Shown piece after piece: positions 44,369-51,957 of a stretch of DNA of 64,000 bases. The notes under the pieces are model-generated. The model was not told where the DNA came from and searched no databases. It worked only from the letters and a program-made list of their open reading frames with translations. The first letter of the stretch is position 1, and every line of letters begins with the position of its first letter. The DNA lies in contig JANQLT010000186.1 in assembly GCA_028280455.1 (NCBI GenBank), positions 9,559 to 73,558 on the forward strand, in the 5' to 3' direction. A program made the position numbers and the translations under genes. This DNA comes from Kiloniellales bacterium (GTDB lineage: Bacteria; Pseudomonadota; Alphaproteobacteria; Kiloniellales; JAKSDN01).

Positions 44369-45235
44369 CTAGGCGAGCAGGGCGCGATCGAGGATCGCCG
44401 CCAAGAGCAGGAGTCCGAGCTGCAGCAAGGAAGCCTTGAAGTTGGCCATGGCCGCCAAGGGCCCGGGCCGCAAGACCAGCTTGATCGAGGCGAGAATGAA
44501 CCAGGCCCCTCCGGATATGGCACCGGCCAGGTAGATCCAGCCCAGCCCGTAGGCGGCCGGCAAGAGGGAGAGCAGCACGAGCGCCACGGTATGCCCGAGG
44601 ATGATCTTGGCGGCGAGGGCGTCGCCGACGACGACGGGCAGCATCGGCACGCCGGCCTTGGCGTAGTCCTTGTGCATCACCGTCGCCAGGCTCCAGAAGT
44701 GCGGCGGCGTCCAGAGGAACAGGACCACGGCCAGAATCAGCGGCGCCGGGGCCGGGTTCGGATCCACGGCGGAGGCCCCGGCGAGGACCGCGAAGCTGCC
44801 GGCCAGGCCGCCCAGGACGATGTTCAACCAGGTCCTGGTCTTGAGCCAGACGGTGTAGACGACGCCGTAGACGAAGGCGCCGAGGAAGACGTGCAGGGCG
44901 ACGTAGATGTTGAGGGCGAAGGCGGCCATGGCCACGGAGAGGAACAGCACCAGGAGAATCGCCGACAGCCACAAGGGCCCCGCCTGGTATTCGCCGGTGG
45001 CGAAGGGACGGCGCTTGGTCCGCAGCATCCGCGCATCGAGGTCGCGCTCGACGTACTGATTGAGAGCCCCGGCGCTGGCCGCCGAGAGCAGCACCGCCAG
45101 CGCCAGCAGGACGACCTGCCAGGCTTCGGGCTGCGGGCCGGGCGTCACCGCCAGGCCCGCCAGGGCGCAGAGCATGATCGCAAAGCCGATGCGCATCTTG
45201 AAGACCGACCAGAGTTGCCCGACCGTTGCGCCCAT
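44369..45235 (-). CDS. ctaB: Protohaem IX farnesyltransferase (haem O synthase)
   Basis: UbiA-type polytopic protein with NQYVERDLDARMLRTKRRP (NxxxDxxxD-like motif). 288 aa. Confidence 0.9.
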   Translation of the reverse strand: MGATVGQLWSVFKMRIGFAIMLCALAGLAVTPGPQPEAWQVVLLALAVLLSAASAGALNQYVERDLDARMLRTKRRPFATGEYQAGPLWLSAILLVLFLSVAMAAFALNIYVALHVFLGAFVYGVVYTVWLKTRTWLNIVLGGLAGSFAVLAGASAVDPNPAPAPLILAVVLFLWTPPHFWSLATVMHKDYAKAGVPMLPVVVGDALAAKIILGHTVALVLLSLLPAAYGLGWIYLAGAISGGAWFILASIKLVLRPGPLAAMANFKASLLQLGLLLLAAILDRALLA

Positions 45236-45277
45236 CTTCTGCTTCCTCCTCGTCGCCCCCGATGCCTCTTGCCGCGC

Positions 45278-46999
45278 CTAGCTGAGCGGCCAGACTTCGG
45301 AGAGGAACTTCCAGTTGATGAAGTAGTAGAGGACGAAAGCGGTGAAGAAGACCGCCACCAGGGTGATCGTGCCCGGCAGCTTGAGGGTCCCCTCGCTGCC
45401 GTAGGTCGAGACGGCCTCGCCGCCGGCGACGATCGGGTTGGCCTTGACCGCCTCGGCGTCACGGCGCTTGCCGAACAGGATCGAGCCGACGATCACCAGG
45501 ATGTACATCAGGCCGCCGACGCCGGCGAGCAGGCCGAAGATGCCGTTCAGGCCGAGCATCAGGAACGCGGTGCCGGGAACGTCGAAGGTCAAGGAGGCAT
45601 CGCTGAAGGTGATGTCCCAGTGACGCCGCGAGATGCCGAGCGTGCCGGCGCCCATCATGAAGAGCGAGGTGCCGCCGACGCCGATGGCGAAGACGTAGGG
45701 TTGCCACTTCGCGATGGTCTTGAACACGAGATCGCGTTGGAAGATCAGAGGCACGACGAGGTAGGAGATCGCCATGAAGGCCAGCGTGGTGCCGGCGACG
45801 ACCGTGGCGTGGAAGTGGCCCGGCACGTAGAGCGTGTTGTGCATCAGGATGTTGATCTGCTCTGTGCCGAGCACGACGCCCGAGATGCCGCCCAGGAAGC
45901 CGAACAGCACGACCGACAGGGCGAAGCCGGAGAAGGCCGGGTTGCCCCAAGGGGCCTGGCGCAGCCAGCCGAAGATGCCCTTGGTGAAGCCGCGCCGCCG
46001 CTGTGCCGCTTCCACCGCGCCCGGAATGCTCATGCCGTGGATCAGGCTGCCGAGCACCGCCAGGTAGAGCGCGTAGCTGGTGTTGAAGACCTTCCACTCC
46101 GAGCTGATGCCGGGCTCGACCAGCATGTGGTGAGCGCAGGCGAGCTGCAGGAACAGGATGTAGAGCAGAAAGGCCGTGCGGCTGACCTTCTCCGACAGCG
46201 GCTTGGCGCCCAGGACCAGGGCGGCGATGCAATACCAGACCGCGACATGGGCCGAGACGTTGATCTGCTGCGAGGAATGACCCATGCCCCACCAAACCAG
46301 CTTGTAGGTCACGGTATCGATCTCGGCGATGTAGCCGATCGACCAGAGGAAGGTCGGGATCAGGATGATCGCGCCGGAGGCGATGGTGAAGACGGCGATG
46401 ATGGCCGCCGTGATCGCGCCGAAGGTGACCAGGGGCACCGAGCCCTCGTAGGTCTGCTCCTCCTTGGCGATGACCAGCGTGCCGAAGAACACGCAACAGG
46501 CCAGGAGCGCGCCGACGGCGAAGAGTATCAGGCCGAGATAGAAGTGCGGTGCGGCCTGCATCGGCACGTAGGAGGTGAACATGACGCTCGATTCGCCCTG
46601 CAGCACCGCGACGGTCGCCAGCAGCGAGCCGCCGACCATCAGCAGGAAGCCGAGCCAGGCGAAATGCGGCGTCGCCAGGCGGCAATTGAGCAGGATCGAC
46701 GAGGCGAAGTAGAGGATCGCGACCTCGAAGAAGATGATCCAGAACAGCAAGACGGCCGCGCCGTGTGCGGTCAGCACCAGGTAGAACAGGTCCGCCGGGA
46801 GCAGATGCACGCCCGGCCAGCGCGTCAGCGCCACCAGCACGCCGAAGAGGCCGCCGACGGCGAGAAACAGCACGGCCGCGACGGCGTTCACCTTTATGAG
46901 GGTCTCGGTCTTGGCGTAGACCTTGAGGCCCGTGTCCAGGCAGGTCCTGTACTTTTCGTCATGCCCTACCAGAGCACCTTCTGCCGTGCTGACACTCAT
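45278..46999 (-). CDS. Haem-copper oxidase superfamily subunit I, B-family-like, lacking the helix-VI cross-link Tyr
   Basis: All six His ligands are present (LTAHG; WWGMGH; CAHHM; PGHFHA), but the motif reads GHSSQQ where A/B-type oxidases have GHPxVY. 573 aa. Confidence 0.9.
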   Translation of the reverse strand: MSVSTAEGALVGHDEKYRTCLDTGLKVYAKTETLIKVNAVAAVLFLAVGGLFGVLVALTRWPGVHLLPADLFYLVLTAHGAAVLLFWIIFFEVAILYFASSILLNCRLATPHFAWLGFLLMVGGSLLATVAVLQGESSVMFTSYVPMQAAPHFYLGLILFAVGALLACCVFFGTLVIAKEEQTYEGSVPLVTFGAITAAIIAVFTIASGAIILIPTFLWSIGYIAEIDTVTYKLVWWGMGHSSQQINVSAHVAVWYCIAALVLGAKPLSEKVSRTAFLLYILFLQLACAHHMLVEPGISSEWKVFNTSYALYLAVLGSLIHGMSIPGAVEAAQRRRGFTKGIFGWLRQAPWGNPAFSGFALSVVLFGFLGGISGVVLGTEQINILMHNTLYVPGHFHATVVAGTTLAFMAISYLVVPLIFQRDLVFKTIAKWQPYVFAIGVGGTSLFMMGAGTLGISRRHWDITFSDASLTFDVPGTAFLMLGLNGIFGLLAGVGGLMYILVIVGSILFGKRRDAEAVKANPIVAGGEAVSTYGSEGTLKLPGTITLVAVFFTAFVLYYFINWKFLSEVWPLS

Positions 47000-47011
47000 G
47001 GCTTGTCCCCG

Positions 47012-47551
47012 TTATTCCACGACGTAAATCTTGCCGAGCATCTGATGATGTCCGATGCCACAGAACTCGTTGCAGACGATGCCGAACTCGCCGGTCTCGT
47101 TGGGCGTCAGCGTGACCACCATCTCGTAGTTCGGGTGAACCTGCAGGTTGATGTTGGTCGGCTGCAGCGAGAAGCCGTGCTGCCAGTCCAAGGAGGAGAG
47201 ATGCAGCCGGTAGCTCTGGTCCTTCTCGAGCTCGAGGATCGGCCACCACTCCCAGAGCCGCGCGATGAGATAGACGTCGCTGCCCGGCGGCGGGCGGACG
47301 ACCGGGATCCCGGTGTCTCCCTCTTCGCGGACCGTATAGGCCTCGGCCATTTCCTCCGTCTTTTCGGCGAAGGCGTCGGGCGTGATCCGGTAGGCCTCGT
47401 TGGAGAGGTTCTGCTCCCCGGTGATGTGCCAGTAGATCATCGTCGAGAACATCACCAAGCCCCAGAGGAAGGCGATGGTGATCCAGATGATCTCCATCCG
47501 GTGGAGCGGCTCTTTCCACCAGAGCTTGTTTTCCGGAGGTGTGATAGCCAT
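47012..47551 (-). CDS. Haem-copper oxidase subunit II with a single TM helix and an intact CuA site
   Basis: H-x34-CNEFCGIGHHQM fits the CuA consensus H-x34-CxExCx3Hx2M. 179 aa, ba3-like short form. Confidence 0.88.
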   Translation of the reverse strand: MAITPPENKLWWKEPLHRMEIIWITIAFLWGLVMFSTMIYWHITGEQNLSNEAYRITPDAFAEKTEEMAEAYTVREEGDTGIPVVRPPPGSDVYLIARLWEWWPILELEKDQSYRLHLSSLDWQHGFSLQPTNINLQVHPNYEMVVTLTPNETGEFGIVCNEFCGIGHHQMLGKIYVVE

Positions 47552-47563
47552 GTCAGACGCTCT

Positions 47564-47767
47564 CTATTGCGGCGCGATCGGGATCTGGGCTAGCTCCATG
47601 ATTCCCCAGATGATGTAGAAGACCGTCGGCATCGTGACGCCGAGGAACAAGAGCAGGAACGGGTTGTCGAGCAGGCGCTGCATGGCGGGCACACGCTCGC
47701 TCGGGTCCTTGCCTGCAGCGCTCTTCGTCGGTTCGGACGGCGCCGAAGGTGGTGCTTGGTCGGACAT
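47564..47767 (-). CDS. Small single-TM protein (possible ba3 subunit IIa analogue)
   Basis: A 67-codon ORF with one TM (FLLLFLGVTMPTVFYIIWGI), 12 nt upstream of subunit II. The gene order small-II-I mirrors cbaDBA. The true start may be the internal Met. Confidence 0.5.
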   Translation of the reverse strand: MSDQAPPSAPSEPTKSAAGKDPSERVPAMQRLLDNPFLLLFLGVTMPTVFYIIWGIMELAQIPIAPQ

Positions 47768-47857
47768 GACCCCTCCTATTGCGCGCTATCGCGCGGATTG
47801 CCCGCGGCCTTCTGCGGGCCGTTCTCCAATATCAGTGCCGCGGCCGGGGCCGTGTCC

Positions 47858-47871
47858 TTGACGAAAGTCAA
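47858..47871. promoter_or_regulatory. FNR/DNR-type box TTGACgaaaGTCAA upstream of the oxidase-like operon
   Basis: A perfect inverted repeat centred ~98 nt upstream of the ATG at 47767. Confidence 0.6.
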
Positions 47872-47933
47872 GCGTCCCGGAAGCAGTCGGCGAAGGCGGT
47901 GGTTTTCCCGGTGCCGTCCGATCGCAAAACGCT

Positions 47934-48620
47934 CTAGCGGTCGAGTCGGCCACGGACGTCCGCCAGCAAGGCGGCCGGCTCCAGGTCCGGGTGGTAGTAG
48001 GACAGAACCCCGCCCTCGGGGCCGAGCAGGTAGAGATAGGCGCTGTGATTCATCAGGTAGTCCTCCGAGTCCTCCCCGACTTTCTCGAAGAAGACCCGAA
48101 AGCTGCTCGTCGCCGCTTTCAGGCTTTGCGCGTCGCCCGTCAGTCCATGGAGACGTGAATGGAAGGCCTCGACATAGCCCGACAGGACCTCGGGCGTATC
48201 GCGGGCGGGATCGACGGTGATGAAGGCGCCCCTTGCGGTCACGCCCTCGCGCTCCAGGTCGTCGAGCAGATCGGCCAGGTGGGACAGGACCGTCGGGCAG
48301 ACGTCCGGGCAGCTCGTGTATCCGAACACGACCAGCAGGGGAGCGCCTTGGAAATCGCCGAGGCGCGCCGGCTGCCCCTTGTGGTCGACGAGATCGAAGT
48401 CGACGTCCAGGCCGATGCCGTTGCCGATCGCGGCATCGGCGACGCGGCCGAGCGGCCCGTCGGCTTCCGGCCTCAGCAGCAGCCACGTCGATGCAACGGC
48501 CAGCGCGATCAACAGCGTGATCGCGAGCGGCCGCAGAACGACGATCGGCAGACCGCGTTTGGTTCCACCCGTCGAGGGCGTCGCCGCCTCGGCCGCTTGG
48601 CTGACTCGCCTGTCACTCAT
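47934..48620 (-). CDS. senC: SCO1/SenC copper chaperone (canonical CPDVCP)
   Basis: N-terminal TM anchor, and GYTSCPDVCP with a downstream His in MNHSAYLYL. ATG at 48620 is preferred over the TTG at 48650. Confidence 0.85.
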   Translation of the reverse strand: MSDRRVSQAAEAATPSTGGTKRGLPIVVLRPLAITLLIALAVASTWLLLRPEADGPLGRVADAAIGNGIGLDVDFDLVDHKGQPARLGDFQGAPLLVVFGYTSCPDVCPTVLSHLADLLDDLEREGVTARGAFITVDPARDTPEVLSGYVEAFHSRLHGLTGDAQSLKAATSSFRVFFEKVGEDSEDYLMNHSAYLYLLGPEGGVLSYYHPDLEPAALLADVRGRLDR

Positions 48621-48721
48621 CGCGCGAAGGCCTCGAAAGAAGACCCTCAAGCAGACCGTAAGGGCGAGTCTGCTACCTTGACCGCGATCAAGCGTCGGCC
48701 GCCGGGCGAGTCGCTTGCAAA

Positions 48722-48735
48722 TTGATTGAGATCAT
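48722..48735. promoter_or_regulatory. Degenerate FNR-type box TTGATtgagATCAT
   Basis: It lies between the divergent senC and Crp/Fnr-family genes, with one mismatch to TTGAT-N4-ATCAA. Confidence 0.4.
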
Positions 48736-48823
48736 AGTCACACTATCTTTGGGGTCTACTCTGCCGCACGACGATCACTAGGCAGACGATCGATACACAT
48801 CCTGGGCAGCATGGAGATTCGCT

Positions 48824-49558
48824 ATGCAGGTGACCCAGACTGATCGATTCGTACATAGAACGGGGATTCTGGAGCGGGACTTCGAGGTCCTCGCTAGCCT
48901 GCCCCTCTTCTCCAGTATGTCGCGTAGCGGGCTCGAGCACATGCTCGTCGATGCGTGGGTGCACGACATCGAGCGCGGCCATGTCTTGTTCATCCAGGGC
49001 GAGCCGGCCGAGCGCTTCTACGTTGTCTTCGACGGCTGGGTGAAGCTGTTCCGCGAGACGATCTCCGGAGACGAAAGCGTGATCGCGGTCTTCACGACCG
49101 GCGAGTCCTTCGCGGAAGCCGCCATGTTCGACAAGGCGGACTACCCCGTCAGCGCGATGACGGTGGAAGACTCGCGCCTGCTGGTTGTGCCCTCCAGCAC
49201 CTTCATCAACAGGCTTCGTGAGCACAGCGACTATGCCCTCGACATGATGGCGTCGATGTCACGCCATCTGCGTACGCTCGTTCGGCAGATCGAGCAGCTT
49301 TCCGCGAAGTCATCGACCCAGCGGGTCGCCGGTTTCCTGGTGCGCCTCTGTCCGGCGGACGCCCATTCGGCGGTCGTCAGCCTGCCGATCGAGAAGTCCT
49401 TGATCGCCGGCCGGCTGGGCATGCAACCGGAGACCTTTTCGCGATCGCTGAAGAAGCTGCAGGGCCTCGGCGTCAACAATTCGCGCAACGAGGTGGAGAT
49501 CCACGATGTGGTCGCCCTGCGCGAGTACAGCGAAGGCAACCAGCGAATTCGTGCCTGA
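48824..49558 (+). CDS. Crp/Fnr-family regulator without a Cys cluster (NnrR/DNR/NNR-like, candidate NO-responsive activator)
   Basis: cNMP-type beta-roll, no N-terminal Cys motif, and a recognition helix with E--SR (GMQPETFSRSLKKL). Confidence 0.82.
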   Translation: MQVTQTDRFVHRTGILERDFEVLASLPLFSSMSRSGLEHMLVDAWVHDIERGHVLFIQGEPAERFYVVFDGWVKLFRETISGDESVIAVFTTGESFAEAAMFDKADYPVSAMTVEDSRLLVVPSSTFINRLREHSDYALDMMASMSRHLRTLVRQIEQLSAKSSTQRVAGFLVRLCPADAHSAVVSLPIEKSLIAGRLGMQPETFSRSLKKLQGLGVNNSRNEVEIHDVVALREYSEGNQRIRA

Positions 49559-49615
49559 ATTTCAATGGCTTGAGCCGAGCTCGTAGGGGCGCGGCCGGGC
49601 CAAGGTTGCCTGTCT

Positions 49616-50161
49616 CTACTCCGGGTAAGGAACGCGGCGCCGTAGCGCCATGGACCGACCGAAGGCCTCGCAGTCGTCGGCGCCCAAGCGATCGCGGGCA
49701 AGCGGTAGCAGGCGCTCGTTCTCCAATCGAACATGCTGCCGCTTGGCCTCGGCGAAGGTGGCGACCGCGGGCCCGATGTCGTCGGGAGCGCTGCCGGCCT
49801 CATAGAAGGACAACGCCGCTTCCGTCCTCTCCAGCAAGACGGCGTTGCTGCCGTGCTCTTGCTCCAGGGTCTCGATGAGGCTCTCGACTCGGTCGCTCGG
49901 CGGAAAGCAGGCGGCGAGGCGGTGAAAGAGATCCTCTTCGTCGGCGATGTGCAACGGCAGATCGGCCCTCAAGTAGGCCAGCGCTATGTTGGCGCTGGCG
50001 AAAGAGGCGTCGCTCCGCGGATCGACGACGAGGCTGTCCAGGAGATCGCAAACCCTGAGTATGCGTCGATGATCCGCTTGCAGATAGTCGATCGGCCGTC
50101 GAAAGAGGTTCTCGGGCAAGGGATTGATCAATCCCGAACCGGCTCGTTCCACTGAAGGCAT
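49616..50161 (-). CDS. Hemerythrin/HHE cation-binding domain protein (NorA/DnrN-like di-iron protein)
   Basis: PIDYLQADHRRIL, LPLHIADEEDLF and LEQEHG motifs. The start at 50161 was chosen because the FNR-type box at 50228 would otherwise sit too close to the ATG at 50197. Confidence 0.68.
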   Translation of the reverse strand: MPSVERAGSGLINPLPENLFRRPIDYLQADHRRILRVCDLLDSLVVDPRSDASFASANIALAYLRADLPLHIADEEDLFHRLAACFPPSDRVESLIETLEQEHGSNAVLLERTEAALSFYEAGSAPDDIGPAVATFAEAKRQHVRLENERLLPLARDRLGADDCEAFGRSMALRRRVPYPE

Positions 50162-50227
50162 CCGAGTAGTCACGACGCATCCGTCCTCAACCGCCATTGA
50201 TGTTTGTTGGGGTCGAAGCTCGGCGCC

Positions 50228-50241
50228 TTGACAGTTGTCAA
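50228..50241. promoter_or_regulatory. FNR/DNR-type box TTGACagttGTCAA
   Basis: A perfect inverted repeat centred ~73 nt upstream of the ATG at 50161. It overlaps the stop of the convergently unrelated maoC-like gene upstream. Confidence 0.55.
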
Positions 50242-50693
50242 TTGCCTTCACGCGAGGTGGATTGGCGAATGCCAACGAGGCCGGTCGTGACGAGCTCTCC
50301 CGTGGCCTGCCTCTTGACCTCGAGACTGCAGAACACGGCCCTCGGCTCGGTCTTGATGACGGAAGAGACCTCGCCGAGCACGATGTAGTCGTCGCCCACG
50401 GGGGCGACCTTGCTGTTCCGGAATTTCAGGCTGGAGATTTCCGTGCCGGGCCGAAAGGCACGGGAGACAGCCTCGATGCACCAGTTTCCGATCAGGAAGC
50501 CGGGTACGATGATGCCCGGAATGCCCTGCTCGGCGGTGAAACTCCGGTCGTAGTGAAAGCGGTGGAAGTTCCGAATGGCGGCGCAAAAGCGCACGACGTC
50601 GACTTCATTGGGACGCTTCTCGAGCGTCGCCAGCCTGTCGCCCACGCGTGTCGTCGCGAAGGCCAGAGCGTTCTCAGAATAGTATTTGCTCAT
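50238..50693 (-). CDS. MaoC-like (R)-hydratase hot-dog subunit
   Basis: ATG at 50693. FCAAIRNFHRFHYD (hydratase-2-type motif context). 151 aa. Confidence 0.78.
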   Translation of the reverse strand: MSKYYSENALAFATTRVGDRLATLEKRPNEVDVVRFCAAIRNFHRFHYDRSFTAEQGIPGIIVPGFLIGNWCIEAVSRAFRPGTEISSLKFRNSKVAPVGDDYIVLGEVSSVIKTEPRAVFCSLEVKRQATGELVTTGLVGIRQSTSREGN

Positions 50694-51150
50694 AGCGTTC
50701 GCGCACCAGCAGGCGCCCGTCCCTGTCCCGGTACTCGGTAACCCACTCTGCGATGACGAAGTCGCGCTTGCGCCCGCTCTTCTCGTTGAGCGAGACGAGC
50801 GTGCGGGTGCCGTGCAGTTGGTCGCCCAGCGACAAGGGCTCCAGCCACTCCATCTCGACGCTGCCGCCCATGGTCTGCCCCGTTCCGACGAGCGGCCGGT
50901 GCTCGGCGACGGTCCCGTCCTCGACGAAGTCGTCCGAAGGCGCCAAGGGCCTGGTGATGGCGTAGTAGAGCATGGGCGGCACGGGAGTCTCGGCCTCTGC
51001 CGGCTCCCCGGGCGCCGGCAGGGCATAGAGCGGGTTGTCGTCTCCGGACGCCGCGACGAAGCGTCGCGCCTCGCTAAGCGAGATCGGATCGCTGACGAAG
51101 CTGAAAGAGCGTCCGACCCAATCCATGACGTCGGCTGTCAGCAGGCTCAT
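50674..51150 (-). CDS. MaoC N-terminal-type hot-dog subunit (partner of the downstream hydratase)
   Basis: 158 aa with ...FVAASGDDNPLY... typical of N-terminal MaoC/HadA-like halves. 20-nt overlap with the partner gene. Confidence 0.7.
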   Translation of the reverse strand: MSLLTADVMDWVGRSFSFVSDPISLSEARRFVAASGDDNPLYALPAPGEPAEAETPVPPMLYYAITRPLAPSDDFVEDGTVAEHRPLVGTGQTMGGSVEMEWLEPLSLGDQLHGTRTLVSLNEKSGRKRDFVIAEWVTEYRDRDGRLLVRERYEQILF

Positions 51151-51935
51151 GTCTTGCCGTTCCGAGACGAGAAGACCGGCGCGCGCTTCTCGCGGAACGC
51201 GGCCAGGCCTTCATGGATGTCCTCGCCCTGACCCGCTGCCATGGCGAGCCAGTATTCCATGGCGTCGGCCGCCTCGACGCCTTGGCAGAGCGTGGTCTGG
51301 GCGATCCGCTTGTATGACTGCACCGTCGTGGCGGACATCGCCGCGATGCCGGCGGCCTTCTCCAGGGCCCGGTCCAGCAGCTCCTGAGACGATAGGACCT
51401 CGTTGACGAAGCCGTGGTGCTCCGCCCGCTCGCTGGTCAGCGGCGTGCCGCACATGATCATGTCGTTGACGATCGCCGGCGGCAGCAGGTGCGGCAGTCT
51501 CGACGACTGGCCGGCGATGGGCACGACGCCGAGCCGTCCGGCCGGAACGGCGAAGGTCGCGTTCGACGACGCGAGCCTGAGGTCGCTGGCGATAGCCAGA
51601 CAGAATCCCCCCGCATAGGCAGAGCCGTTGACGGCGGCAATGACCGGTTTCATCGTCTTTCGCGGACAGAGGAAGACCTGCATATGCGCTTCCTCGTAGA
51701 GATGTCCGAGCTCGTCCGCAGCGACGGCCTTGATGTCGTGTCCGGCGCAGAAGGCAAGCTCTCCCGCGCCGGTCAGGACGATCGTGCGCACGGCCTCATC
51801 CGCGTCGAAGGCGTCGAAAGCCTGCTGCAGATGATCGATCATCGTCGGGGTCAGGGAATTGCGCTTCTCCGGTCGATCGATGGTGATCAGAGCCGTATGC
51901 CCGTCGACGATCCGGGTGTCTATCTTCCCGTCCAA
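51147..51935 (-). CDS. Enoyl-CoA hydratase/isomerase (crotonase) family
   Basis: ITIDRPEKRNSL, VLTGAGELAFCAGHD and AAVNGSAYAGG motifs. Confidence 0.9.
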   Translation of the reverse strand: MDGKIDTRIVDGHTALITIDRPEKRNSLTPTMIDHLQQAFDAFDADEAVRTIVLTGAGELAFCAGHDIKAVAADELGHLYEEAHMQVFLCPRKTMKPVIAAVNGSAYAGGFCLAIASDLRLASSNATFAVPAGRLGVVPIAGQSSRLPHLLPPAIVNDMIMCGTPLTSERAEHHGFVNEVLSSQELLDRALEKAAGIAAMSATTVQSYKRIAQTTLCQGVEAADAMEYWLAMAAGQGEDIHEGLAAFREKRAPVFSSRNGKT

Positions 51936-51957
51936 GGCTGGTTACCTCCCGATTCGG

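Noticed and set aside
44282-47593. A 1103-codon ORF on the plus strand spanning ctaB, oxidase subunit I and subunit II
   Set aside because: It runs antisense to three genes with unmistakable family motifs. Its product is extremely Arg/Asp/Gly/His/Glu-rich, with no hydrophobic core or recognisable motif. This is a typical GC-driven shadow ORF.
50121-50134. The GGATTGATCAATCC palindrome as an additional FNR-type site
   Set aside because: It lies inside the HHE-protein coding region, its half-sites have no N4 spacer, and it does not match the TTGAC-N4-GTCAA architecture used at the five promoter sites.
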